64,000 nt of DNA from an uncultured Fibrobacterota bacterium (GTDB lineage Bacteria; Fibrobacterota; Chitinivibrionia; Chitinivibrionales; FEN-1185), in contig CAVWBU010000026.1 in assembly GCA_963753345.1 (NCBI GenBank), forward strand, positions 192,001 through 256,000, in the 5' to 3' direction. Numbering within the stretch: position 1 is the first letter of the stretch; each line of letters opens with the position of its first letter. The notes beneath the pieces were generated by a model. It worked only from the letters and a program-made list of their open reading frames with translations, was not told where the DNA came from and made no database searches. The translations under genes were made by a program, and so were the position numbers. Below are positions 10,154 to 19,692 of this stretch, piece by piece.

Positions 10154-10297
10154 ATTTCAGCGCGTTAGGTGGACCGTAGGGTGAGCTGGAGCGAATTGCC
10201 GCCTGATCCCTAGCCGAAGGCGGTTGGGACAGGCGGCAACGAGGCCGAACGGCCGAGCCCGAAGGGAGACCGACCCCGCCAAAGGCGGGGAACGCCC
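10154..10297 (-). repeat. Module A, copy 2
   Basis: Reverse-strand GGGCGTTCCCC..GGGTCGG..CCTAACGCG. Confidence 0.9.
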
Positions 10298-10376
10298 AGA
10301 TTTTTTCAACAATTACCAAATAATATCTGCATGTGGTATTTTTTTCTTTCACTCAATCTTAAGAAAAGGATCCATC

Positions 10377-11201
10377 ATGCCCGAAAAAACAATTGACATA
10401 ACGAAATGCACGCGCTGCAACCGCTGCGTCGAAATATGCCCAATCGAAATCTGGGAGATTGACGCGGCAACGGGCTTTCCGGCCGTGTCGCGGCCCAGGG
10501 ACAAGCGCTGCACGGCGTGCGGCCACTGCGAGGCGATATGCCCGGTAAACGCCATCGTCGTGAGAGGCGGGACCTTGCAGGATGCATTCGTTCCCTCTGC
10601 CGGTTCCGCGTTTTTGCCGGAACAGGTGGCAGCCTATTTTACCGCGCGAAGGTCAACGCGGCGATTCTCTCCCGAACCCGTGGAAAAGCAAACGCTGGAG
10701 AAGATCCTCGACATCGCGCGGTACGCGCCGTCGGGAGTCAACCGCCAGCCGATCTCATGGAGCGTCGTGAATTCCCCGGAAATGGTGAAAAACCTCGCCG
10801 CATTGGCGGCGGAATGGATGCGCGCACAGGTGCAGTCCAAAACGCCGGTCTCGCTCGCCCTGCGGTTCGACGTGCTCCTTGACTCATGGGAAAAGGGCAA
10901 AGACCCGCTGTGCAGGAACGCGCCCGCATGCGTGTTCGCAAGCGCGCACCGGGAAGACCGCATGGCCGGCACGGACGGCACCATCGCGCTTGCGCACGCG
11001 GAGCTCGCAGCGCCCGCGTTCGGGCTCGGCGCGTGCTGGGCGGGGTACCTGAGCATTGCGACAAACGCGCACCCGCCGCTCAGGGCCGCCGCAGGGATTG
11101 AAGACGAGTATGCGTGCCTCGGCAGCCTGATGATAGGCAGACCGAAATATTCGTTTGCGCGGGTGCCGAAGAGGAATGCGGGGAAGGTGAAGTGGGTGTG
11201 A
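10377..11201 (+). CDS. Nitroreductase family protein with N-terminal 4Fe-4S ferredoxin domain
   Basis: Two CxxCxxCxxxCP motifs, RRSTRRF, APSGVN, GLGACW. Confidence 0.92.
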   Translation: MPEKTIDITKCTRCNRCVEICPIEIWEIDAATGFPAVSRPRDKRCTACGHCEAICPVNAIVVRGGTLQDAFVPSAGSAFLPEQVAAYFTARRSTRRFSPEPVEKQTLEKILDIARYAPSGVNRQPISWSVVNSPEMVKNLAALAAEWMRAQVQSKTPVSLALRFDVLLDSWEKGKDPLCRNAPACVFASAHREDRMAGTDGTIALAHAELAAPAFGLGACWAGYLSIATNAHPPLRAAAGIEDEYACLGSLMIGRPKYSFARVPKRNAGKVKWV

Positions 11202-11242
11202 GGAGAAGGAAGTGGGTGAGGGGAAATTGGCCTTGCCGTTGA

Positions 11243-11593
11243 TTATTTTTTCGTAACAATGATAAAATTCATGGCTCTTTGCCTGCACCATGTTTTGGCG
11301 CGTTCGTGTTTTCGTATTGTATCCGGGTTGTCAAGAAACTGCGTCCCTTTGACTTCATGCAATTCTATTTTACCGTCTATTTTTTCCACAAGAAAATCGG
11401 GACGGTAACCGCGCTTGTTGCCTGCCTCCGTGATGTATTCAATCACAATGCCGTGGTTCTTTGTCCATTTTTTTACGGTCTTGTCGAGTTCAAGCTTCTT
11501 CATGTATTGACATTCCCACGAAGACTCGTAACGCTCAACGGAATAGGCCGATTTCTTCGGATTGTCAAAATCGCCATGTTCACTTGTCGGCAT
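11243..11593 (-). CDS. Small PD-(D/E)XK endonuclease (TnsA N-terminal-like)
   Basis: YESSWE, YRPDFLV..IELHEVKG; own G-rich RBS inside the end of the helicase gene. Confidence 0.8.
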   Translation of the reverse strand: MPTSEHGDFDNPKKSAYSVERYESSWECQYMKKLELDKTVKKWTKNHGIVIEYITEAGNKRGYRPDFLVEKIDGKIELHEVKGTQFLDNPDTIRKHERAKTWCRQRAMNFIIVTKK

Positions 11594-13673
11594 TTTGGCC
11601 CCCCTTGCGGTACTTTACCATGCTCGCAATTAATCCCGGTTTCTCCTCGATATTTTGGGAAAGAGTGTAACGATGATTAATCGCGTGCCTGAGTGTCTCT
11701 GCTGAAGACTCTCCGGCGCTTTTTCCCTCCAGAAGCTTGTCCCGCACATGGTCCATCAAAATGCCATAGATATACCCCAGTTCGTGCGAGCCTATCCCTT
11801 CTTCGGCGAGAAGATCCGCGGCAATATCCCTGACGCTGTGTTTGAGGGTCTCAATAAGGTCTTCCAGCCGGGGTTCGATTGTCTTTTCTTCCACCTTGGA
11901 TTGCGGAGGCGCGTCGAGGATTTCGGTAAATCCATTGTCATCCAGTTTTGTCCCGCTCACGCTTGCTATTTCAACTTTGGTAATCTGGACTTCAGCGCCA
12001 TATTCAAAACTTGCAAGAATGTTTTGCCAATTCGGATAATCCCCTTCAACCACCGTCAAATCATCAAGATCGCTGAAATCAGCGTCCTCTTCTTCTTCCG
12101 GTTCCGGAATTTTTATTATGTTCTCCGGGTTAATTAATAGTTGCGGTTTTCTTTTTGGCGGCAGGTCTTCATCGCCGAAAAGATTACCCTGGTCAACGTC
12201 CTTTTTAATCCGCGCCCCGACGATTTCCCATAACCAATGATGATCCAGTTTTTCATGGTCGACGATGGCGCAAAATTCCTGCGCATCCTCACCGCGAATA
12301 TTGAGCCGCAACCCGCGCCCGACCACCTGTTGGCCGTACACCCGTGAAGAAAATTTTCTGAGAAGAAGTATTACCGACACGGCCGGAAGGTCCCAGCCTT
12401 CCCGCAACATGAGGACGCTCACCACCGCCTCAAGCCGGCTTCCCCGCTCGATAAGCTCCTGCGCCTTGCTCAATCCGACTTTTCGCTCAAGGTTCTTCTT
12501 CGTCTCCTCAAGAGCGTTCCCCCGTTTTCCGATAACGCCGGCAAGGAGGCGTTCTTCTTCGGTCGATTCTTCGGTTACCACGACGGCCTTTATTCCGAAC
12601 CCTCCTTTTTCCTTGGGCAAAGAAAGCATTTCGGCGGCGGCCTTCGCGTCTTTTATGCAGATGCCCACCACAAAGAGAATGGGCGTGTACGCGCCGTGCC
12701 CGATTGTCAATGCTCTTCGTTTCTGTTCCTCCAGCCGTTCCAGCGCGATGCCGATCTGTTTGCGCATAGGGTCCGGGTCCGTCACCCACTGCGTTGGACT
12801 CAACCCTTTTTCAATTTTATCGAATTCCTCATCCATCTCGTCCACGGTCCGGCGTTCGCCGGTGTCCGGATTGGTGTAGGTGAGCTGCACCGAGGCCAGT
12901 TTCGGCTGATACACCACGATGCTTTTAATGATCGGCGGGACTTCGGATTGCGCGTCCGCTATCATGTACTCATAAATCATTTTCGTGTCGGGGGTTTTAC
13001 CGTCGGCCCTGTCCGGTGTTGCTGTTGTGTCAAGCCGGAACTTGCACTTGGGAGAAAGGGCGAAAAGCGTACGGTCATATTCTTCCGCAGGCGTATTATG
13101 GGCCTCGTCGTTGAAAATCGCCAGTTGTTCAACGTAATTCATAATGAACGCGAGGTTGCGCTGGCCGTTTATGTTTGATTGGTACAGTTGATGTATGTTC
13201 CCAAGCACAATCCCATTATCAAGAATTCCCTGCGGGTTCGCGCCGCATTCAAGAATGTGCAGGCCAAGCTCGTTGGTCAAATGTTCGGTGCCCGGCTGGA
13301 AAAAAGCAAAATTCCTGAAAACAGAGGCATCGGCGAAATCGTCTTCAATCCGGTCCCGCACAATGGTATTGGGGCATAAAATGAGGAATTTGTGAATATT
13401 ATGGCATGTCTTAAGCCACGAAATAACCGCGCCGATGATCGCGGTTTTTCCGCCGCCGGTCACGATATTAAGAAGGACATTTTTAAGCTGGAGCAACTCA
13501 TAGGAATAAACGATGCGGTAAACGGCTTCCTGCTGGTGCCGCCACAGCTTGCGCGGCGCGTCTTCCCGTTTCAGATATTCCAGAAAATCCCTGGAAAGCG
13601 GGTTTATTTCCGGGAAACCCGCGTCTATCCATTGTCTGAAGTCCTGTTCGTAGTGCTGGAAGGCATTGTACAT
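11580..13673 (-). CDS. SF2 helicase/ATPase, type III restriction (Res)-like subunit
   Basis: TGGGKT Walker A, DEAH, TATP, MLREGWD, QVVGRGLR. Confidence 0.88.
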   Translation of the reverse strand: MYNAFQHYEQDFRQWIDAGFPEINPLSRDFLEYLKREDAPRKLWRHQQEAVYRIVYSYELLQLKNVLLNIVTGGGKTAIIGAVISWLKTCHNIHKFLILCPNTIVRDRIEDDFADASVFRNFAFFQPGTEHLTNELGLHILECGANPQGILDNGIVLGNIHQLYQSNINGQRNLAFIMNYVEQLAIFNDEAHNTPAEEYDRTLFALSPKCKFRLDTTATPDRADGKTPDTKMIYEYMIADAQSEVPPIIKSIVVYQPKLASVQLTYTNPDTGERRTVDEMDEEFDKIEKGLSPTQWVTDPDPMRKQIGIALERLEEQKRRALTIGHGAYTPILFVVGICIKDAKAAAEMLSLPKEKGGFGIKAVVVTEESTEEERLLAGVIGKRGNALEETKKNLERKVGLSKAQELIERGSRLEAVVSVLMLREGWDLPAVSVILLLRKFSSRVYGQQVVGRGLRLNIRGEDAQEFCAIVDHEKLDHHWLWEIVGARIKKDVDQGNLFGDEDLPPKRKPQLLINPENIIKIPEPEEEEDADFSDLDDLTVVEGDYPNWQNILASFEYGAEVQITKVEIASVSGTKLDDNGFTEILDAPPQSKVEEKTIEPRLEDLIETLKHSVRDIAADLLAEEGIGSHELGYIYGILMDHVRDKLLEGKSAGESSAETLRHAINHRYTLSQNIEEKPGLIASMVKYRKGGQNADK

Positions 13674-13676
13674 TGG

Positions 13677-15705
13677 TTACTTTATCTCAATTTCCATGAT
13701 AACGGTGCGTTCGCCACCCTGATCGTCCTGCACCGAGCACGCGATCTTTTTCTTTCCAGCGGTTTCAAATTCGTATTCCACGATAAGGACCGGCCTCCCT
13801 GTCTGCTTATCCCGCAAAAATGCAAACCCCTCTGTCGAACTGAATCTGTGGACATAGTCAAAGTCCCATTGCACGTTGGCGATAACGCCGTCTTTATTAA
13901 GGCTCACCGATTCCGAAACGTCAAACCGGTATTTGAGCCTGCCGGTCCTCGTTGGCGCCACCCGCACTTCCGGCGGCTGGATAAAGCTCAATAATTGCCC
14001 ATAGTCTTTATGTTTTGTCACCACATGCTCGCGGAACGCTTCATCCTCAAGGCGCACCAGATTAAGGCGGACAAAATCAATCCTCTTGTTCTCCCGTGCG
14101 GAAAGGATTTGCGCGGCCTTGCGGGCGTCCGCTGAAAAATTCCAGGCCAGCATTGCGCCGAAATTTGTTTTCCGCTCCTTGAATATCGCCTGGGCGAATC
14201 TGGCGACGTCGTCTTTGGTTATGCGGGAACTACGCGAAGGCTCGCCCACGTAAAGAGGCACGCCGTAGCGGGTGCCGTGGATGTTCGGCGAAACGGTTTC
14301 TGTTTTGCCGCCAAAGGCTTTTACCACGAATTCCCTGAATTCGCCCTGCTTGAGTTTTTCAAGAATGGGGGTTTCGTAAATGCCCCAGTGTTCGACGGTG
14401 AAATCGGGCACGGGAAAAAGACGGCCGCTTCCTTCCTTTTCTTCGACAACACGGGCGATCCTGTCCGCAGTGACCGCGACCGCGATGCGCGATTGGTCGC
14501 AGGCGATCCAACGGCGGTTGAGGCGCTGGGCGACGGCTGGGGTTGTGCCGCCGCCGGAGAAGAAGTCGGCGACGACGTCGGATTCGTTGGAGGATGTTTC
14601 GATCAAACGGCCGAGTAAGGATTCAGGTTTTTGAGTTGGATATCCAATAGATTCTGCAGAGGAAGAGGTAATTAAATCAATGTCGTCCCAAAAATCAGTT
14701 ACAGGAACACCTTTATTATCTTTTAAATAATATTTAAGTCTTGGAAGTCCACCTTCCTTTTGTGGCCAATAAATTAAGCCGTTTTTCTCATATTCATCAA
14801 GTTTTTTCGGTTTAGTAACCCAATGGCTTCCACTCTTGCCTACTTTATTTGGATTAATTCCTTTCCATGTTTGTCCTGTTTCACCGTTCCTTATTCCGCT
14901 CACAATGAGTGGAACAAGTTGATAAAATCCCTTTTCATCCTTATTTTGAGAATACAAATCTTTTGATGCATCTGATAATTCCTTGTACTGAATATTGAAA
15001 GTGTAATTATTGGTTTTTGAATAAGCTAGAATGGTATCATGAGATCGCTTAAATATTTTGCTTATTGATGACCGTGTTTGACTTCGCCTCCACACAATTT
15101 CACTTATAAAGTTATCCACCCCAAAAATCTTATCCATTTCCACCTTCACATAATGGCTCGCATGCCAATCTAAATGCACATAAATGCTTCCCGTGTCCTT
15201 CAACAACCGTTTCATCTCATACAGTCTCGCGTTCAGCCATATCAAATACCCCGGCATTCCGCCTTCCCAAATATCCGTAAACGACCGGACTTCGTTCCTG
15301 TCCCCGAAAATAACGTTGTAGTTTCTTCCCGAAAAGAAAGGCGGGTCAATGTAGATCAGGTCAATGCTCTTGCTCGGCAATTGACGCATCATATGAAGGT
15401 TGTCGCCGAAGAAAAGGCGGTTTGCGCCTTTGGGGAAAAGGTCCGTAGTTTCAAACTAATCCGCTATGGCCGAACTCAATCCTCTGGACTTCCTGAAATG
15501 GCAGGAAAATACGGGGGAATGCGTGCTCGAATTTGGTAATCTTGGTTTCGTGCCGCCTAGTTTCCACTTCCCATCCGAGCGGAGCCTCGTCCACGGGCAC
15601 TGCGCCGAAACGAGCCGGAATTTTATAAAATTCTACCTGCTTCGGGATTTCCGTTTCGGTCCCAGGAATTTGAATGGCGACTGGATCGAGGTTTTTCTTT
15701 CTCAT
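13677..15705 (-). CDS. N6-adenine/N4-cytosine DNA methyltransferase with long C-terminal extension; split by a +1 frameshift at about 15451-15457
   Basis: NRLFFGDNLH, DPPF, YPTQKPE, DFFSGGGTT; upstream ORF 15451-15705 ends at GTT-TGA where the catalytic frame begins. Confidence 0.85.
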
Positions 15706-15762
15706 GGCCGATCTTCTCCGGAGTCCGGCCATAAAAAAAAGAGGCGCGAACTCCAAGTCCGT

Positions 15763-15885
15763 GTCTCAACCGAGGGCTGCTACACCCTGTTGTAGAAACA
15801 CAAAACGAGAAGCCGCGCCCTTTCGGGCGCGTTCCCGCCAGTGTCGTCTCTACAACTTTGAAAAGTGCTAGTTTTCGGTAGAAAC
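15763..15885 (-). promoter_or_regulatory. Structured leader/ncRNA candidate upstream of the MTase operon
   Basis: Nested stems GTTGTAGAGAC/GTTTCTACAAC and CGCGCCC-GAAA-GGGCGCG, two small hairpins both with TAGCA loops, and a T8 run downstream. Confidence 0.6.
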
Positions 15886-16041
15886 GATTACTGCGTTAAC
15901 GCAATGTCAAGATTCTATTTTGACCTTATTCAAGCCTCCATCACTCGGTTAAGTCTTAGAGTAAAAAATATACGCCAGTATTGCTGAAAAGCAAATTTCA
16001 AACATAACTCCGGATAAAAACCATTAGGAAGTCGAAGGGGG

Positions 16042-16620
16042 CTACGCGCCGGCCCCTTGAACATAGGGCGCAAAACGACACAAGTCAAAATACATAAGTC
16101 GGGTTTTCATCGCGTAATCGTTCCCAGTCAGGAAAACAAAGCTGTTTCGGGTATAAAAAGAAATGGTATCCGGGTTATTGTAGGCGTCCACGGTTATGAA
16201 CCGGCATCCTGTTTTATTGTTGCTGAGAAAGGACATTTTTATTGAATCAAGTAATTGCGTCCCGATTTTCATCCTCTTGTATTTTTGGGTCACGCCAAAG
16301 CGCCCGATTTTAACGGCAGGATATCCCTTCAGTTTCTTCTTTTCCGGAAAAAGACTCCGAAACCGTTTCCAGGCATTTCTTGAAAGAGATTCCGTATCGT
16401 AGAATATCTTGTCGTTTGAAACGCTGAAAAAGGCGACAATTTCGGCGCCGTATTCGTAGAGGTATGTCACTGCCAGAAGTTCGGAAAGGAAATTTTTCGC
16501 ATCTTGGAAAAGGAATTCGTTGAGGTCGGCATCATTGCAATCGAAGGGTTTTATTATCGTGTCGGGCGCAAGGCGGATCAGTTTGCAGTCGGATAAATGG
16601 ACCACATTCAAAACCTGCAA
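16042..16620 (-). CDS. GNAT acetyltransferase, putative toxin (AtaT/TacT-like)
   Basis: FDCNDADLNEFL, YPAVKIGRFGV, GCRFITVDAYN, FY..N.F. Confidence 0.85.
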   Translation of the reverse strand: MQVLNVVHLSDCKLIRLAPDTIIKPFDCNDADLNEFLFQDAKNFLSELLAVTYLYEYGAEIVAFFSVSNDKIFYDTESLSRNAWKRFRSLFPEKKKLKGYPAVKIGRFGVTQKYKRMKIGTQLLDSIKMSFLSNNKTGCRFITVDAYNNPDTISFYTRNSFVFLTGNDYAMKTRLMYFDLCRFAPYVQGAGA

Positions 16621-16772
16621 TCCGTTTTCCGCCTCATTTCCTCATACGTCTTCTTCGCCCGGTCATAATCCTCTTTTGATATGGGCCGCGCCGCCGCTGT
16701 TTGGGCGTTTTCCGCGAATTTTTCCGCATCTTCTCCATGCAATATTGGTGTTTCCCTTATTGGTAGCGCCAT
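16608..16772 (-). CDS. 54-aa putative antitoxin (not in the ORF track)
   Basis: MALPIRETPILHGEDAEKFAENAQTAAARPISKEDYDRAKKTYEEMRRKTDCRF; strong AGAGGAGG RBS; overlaps the GNAT start. Confidence 0.75.
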   Translation of the reverse strand: MALPIRETPILHGEDAEKFAENAQTAAARPISKEDYDRAKKTYEEMRRKTDCRF

Positions 16773-17078
16773 TGTATCCTCCTCTTGTTCTTAAATTATA
16801 TCCTGCTCAACGATAAAATATTCTATGACGGATGCCATGTAAAGCCGGGAGGCTGAAATGCGTCCTTCAACGAGCTTAGTGTGACATCAAAGCTGGGTGA
16901 TCATACAGATGAACTGATTTGTAATTTGCCGGACTCGAGCATCAACCAGCCTGACCACATTTTGCCTTCCCTTCATCCCGGTTGTCATTATGGTTGTCAA
17001 TAATCCTGATTCATTGTAGAGTTCTAACCGCGCGTAGTAGTTTTTAATCACCAAAACATCTCCGGCGCACAACCACCC

Positions 17079-18308
17079 ATGCCCTCAAAACTAACATTCT
17101 CACTCCTTCTCTCCCTCGCCATAATTATTAGGCTCATTTATGTATTCCTCCTCCCGCCCACCCAAACGGTTTCTTTCCGCCTCGAAGGCCTCAACGACGA
17201 AGCGTCGCACCTCAACTACGTGCATTACCTCGCGCAGAATAAAAGCTTTCCGGTGCAGCGGCACCATGCCCGGGAGAAGGACGCGTTTGTCGTTAACGAG
17301 TTCGAATACTATCAGGCGCCGCTGTATTATGTGATCGGCGCGGGTTTGGAGCTGGTTGCCGGCAAGGACAACAGCCTTCTTGCGTGCAGGCTGCTGTCGT
17401 TTCTGTTCGGCGTTCTGTCGCTGCTTGTCATAAGGAGAATATTCAGCGCGGCCTCGCTTTCCGAGGCCGCGGGAAACGGCGCGATGCTGTTTGCCGCGCT
17501 TTTTCCCCCGCACGCCTATTTCTGTTCGGTTGCCTCCAATGACTCCATGAGCTGGCTTGTTGCCCTGCTTATGACGCTCGAGCTGGTGCGCATGTGCAGT
17601 CCGGCGGATGCCCCTCAAGCGCGTTCTCCTTTGAGGTCGGGCGCATATTTCGGCCTGCTGCTCGGCATCGGCATGCTCACCAAGGCGTCCTTGTTCCTGT
17701 TCGCGCCCGTTGCCGCCGCGGTCTTTGTGTGGCTGTTCTTTACAAGGCGCGAGCCAGGCCGGCGGTATGCGCTCGTTGCAATGCTCTGTGTTGCTGCCGT
17801 TTGTGCCGGTCCCTGGTATCTTCGGAACCTTCGGATGTACGGCTCCCTGTTCGCGTTCGGGGTGGGGAACGGCCCGCCGCAGTTTTTTCTCTTTGCGCCG
17901 CAGCAGTTTGTTCGGTTCGTCAAGATCGCGGTGTACTGTTTCTGGTTCCCCATGCAGCACGTGCCGCCGTCGCACGCCGTGGCCGCGATGATCGGGTTTG
18001 AGCTGCTTGTTCTCGGAGCCAACATATGGTTGTTTGTGTCTTATATGATCCGAAAGAGACGTGTTGCTTTATGGGAAGCTGTGCTTGGTCTGCTCCTGAT
18101 TCTCAACCTTGCCGCGTATGTCAACTACAACCTGCACTGGGACAATGCGGATGGGCGGTTTTTGTTTCCGTCACTGGCAGTGCTGCTGATTTACTTTTGT
18201 GTTCCTCTTGAGAAATTCTGTGAGAGGCATGGTCTGAGAAAGTTGTATACCCCATTACTTGCCGCCGAGGCGCTGTTTCCCTATATTCTCTTGTTGTTGG
18301 TGTCGTGA
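17079..18308 (+). CDS. Polytopic membrane glycosyltransferase (GT-C, ArnT/PMT-like)
   Basis: NDEASH, YQAPLYY, SND, many TM helices, GRFLFP. Confidence 0.75.
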   Translation: MPSKLTFSLLLSLAIIIRLIYVFLLPPTQTVSFRLEGLNDEASHLNYVHYLAQNKSFPVQRHHAREKDAFVVNEFEYYQAPLYYVIGAGLELVAGKDNSLLACRLLSFLFGVLSLLVIRRIFSAASLSEAAGNGAMLFAALFPPHAYFCSVASNDSMSWLVALLMTLELVRMCSPADAPQARSPLRSGAYFGLLLGIGMLTKASLFLFAPVAAAVFVWLFFTRREPGRRYALVAMLCVAAVCAGPWYLRNLRMYGSLFAFGVGNGPPQFFLFAPQQFVRFVKIAVYCFWFPMQHVPPSHAVAAMIGFELLVLGANIWLFVSYMIRKRRVALWEAVLGLLLILNLAAYVNYNLHWDNADGRFLFPSLAVLLIYFCVPLEKFCERHGLRKLYTPLLAAEALFPYILLLLVS

Positions 18309-18368
18309 TTGGTTATATGCTGTCTTCATTATCAACAAACCTGTTTGCACATTCGTCAGAAACCTTTT

Positions 18369-18640
18369 CCGGGGGCTTCACCCCCGGACCCCGACCAAGG
18401 GGTGCTCAACAGCGAGCACCCCTTGGAACCCCGCGCCGCGCCTGCAGCGCCGCCTGGTCCCTCGGCCGTCGGGCCGCTCGCGAACTCGCCCGGCCAGAAG
18501 CAAATGTCAAGCAGTCAACATTGGTACATTTCAGTATATTCGTTCAAACTAGACCGGGCCGGGCTCAACAGCGCGAGCGTCCAAGTAACCCGCCCGTCCC
18601 GTTGGGCGGGTTAGCGCCGATGGCCTCAGGGGCGGCGCTG
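18369..18640. repeat. Cluster of palindromic repeat modules
   Basis: CCGGGGG-CTTCA-CCCCCGG, CCAAGGGGTGCTC..GAGCACCCCTTGG, GCTCGCGAACTCGCCCGGCC..GGCCGGGCTCAACAGCGCGAGC. Confidence 0.65.
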
Positions 18641-18667
18641 ATGGCGGGAAGAAACGGATACGGCAAC

Positions 18668-18816
18668 TTTCCTATGCCCGGCGCCAGGTTGGACTGAAGG
18701 GTGCGCCAGAGCGCATTGCCGGCCGACCCTCCCCGAAGGGGACTACGGGCGGTCCGGCAACGAGGCGAATAGCCGAGCCCGGAAGGAGAACCGCCGCCGT
18801 CTTCGGCGGGGCGCCC
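18668..18816 (-). repeat. Module A, copy 3 (GCGCC/GGCGC variant)
   Basis: Reverse-strand GGGCGCCCC..CCTGGCGCC. Confidence 0.85.
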
Positions 18817-18916
18817 AGATCTTCTCTTGGGTTTTGAGACAGGCTGGACTTCCCCCCTAAATAATCTTCTTGTATTGAAAAACTGTGTAAAGAACAATAT
18901 AGTATAGACTATACTC

Positions 18917-19573
18917 ATGCATCAGAACCGTCTTCGATCATTCGCCTTGAGAACCGCGCTCCTGTCAGCAGCCATGGCGCTTCTCGCAATTCCCGGCTGC
19001 GGTATCCACCGGTACACCAATCCGGATCTTCTGAAGAAAACAGAAGTCACCTTTCCGAAAGAATACCAGAACATCATCTCGCCGCTTGACAGCGCGCTTG
19101 TCCCGATCCGCAAGCGCATATTCCTTCTCAGGAATGACGTGGCCAAGATGAAGGACAAACTGTGGGACGGCGGATCAAACCAGCGTATCACGAGGATCGA
19201 CGACAACATCGACACCGCACGAAAGGAAATTTCGACGCTTTCGGCGATCCAGAAGGAGATCCTCAATACAATTTATCACATCTATCCGGGATACGAGGAG
19301 CCCGAGATCCTGCCATATGTCGGAGAGGGGAAGAAATACAAGGAAATCAAGAAGCCGATCATCTTGGTGACCCTGCAGGACCAGCGCGATTACGAGGACG
19401 TGAAATCGGGCGGCGGCAAGCTGTCCGAAAGCCTGGAGTACAAGCCGCTGGTGCGGTATGCGCTCAAGCAGTACGACAACCTGCCCGATTCGCTCAAGCC
19501 GAAACCCGAGCCCATCGGCTCGCCCGGGCCTGTGCGCAGGCTGGAGCCGTACGAGCCGCCAAAGCCGAAATAA
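18917..19573 (+). CDS. Putative lipoprotein, unknown function
   Basis: Signal peptide ending IPGC; helical, coiled-coil-like body. Confidence 0.7.
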   Translation: MHQNRLRSFALRTALLSAAMALLAIPGCGIHRYTNPDLLKKTEVTFPKEYQNIISPLDSALVPIRKRIFLLRNDVAKMKDKLWDGGSNQRITRIDDNIDTARKEISTLSAIQKEILNTIYHIYPGYEEPEILPYVGEGKKYKEIKKPIILVTLQDQRDYEDVKSGGGKLSESLEYKPLVRYALKQYDNLPDSLKPKPEPIGSPGPVRRLEPYEPPKPK

Positions 19574-19692
19574 GCCAGGGTTGGTGCTTGACATAAGCGC
19601 AACAATCAGCGGTGAATTCAGAGAAAAAAATGCAAAGATTAAAACCAGCATGTCTACTACTGCTGCCGGCGGAAGAATAATCCCCGAAAAAC

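Noticed and set aside
11570-11610. Frameshift splitting helicase and nuclease
   Set aside because: The nuclease has its own RBS-like G run and ATG overlapping the helicase end, typical of coupled genes; it is not formally excluded.
15451-15453. Selenocysteine or stop read-through at the MTase TGA
   Set aside because: The same frame continues into non-homologous sequence and stops again; the conserved motifs lie in the +1 frame.
16887-17072. 61-aa minus-strand ORF
   Set aside because: No RBS or recognisable motif; at most a gene remnant.
18901-18915. AGTATAG-A-CTATACT palindrome before the lipoprotein gene
   Set aside because: It is a single short instance; an operator role cannot be supported.
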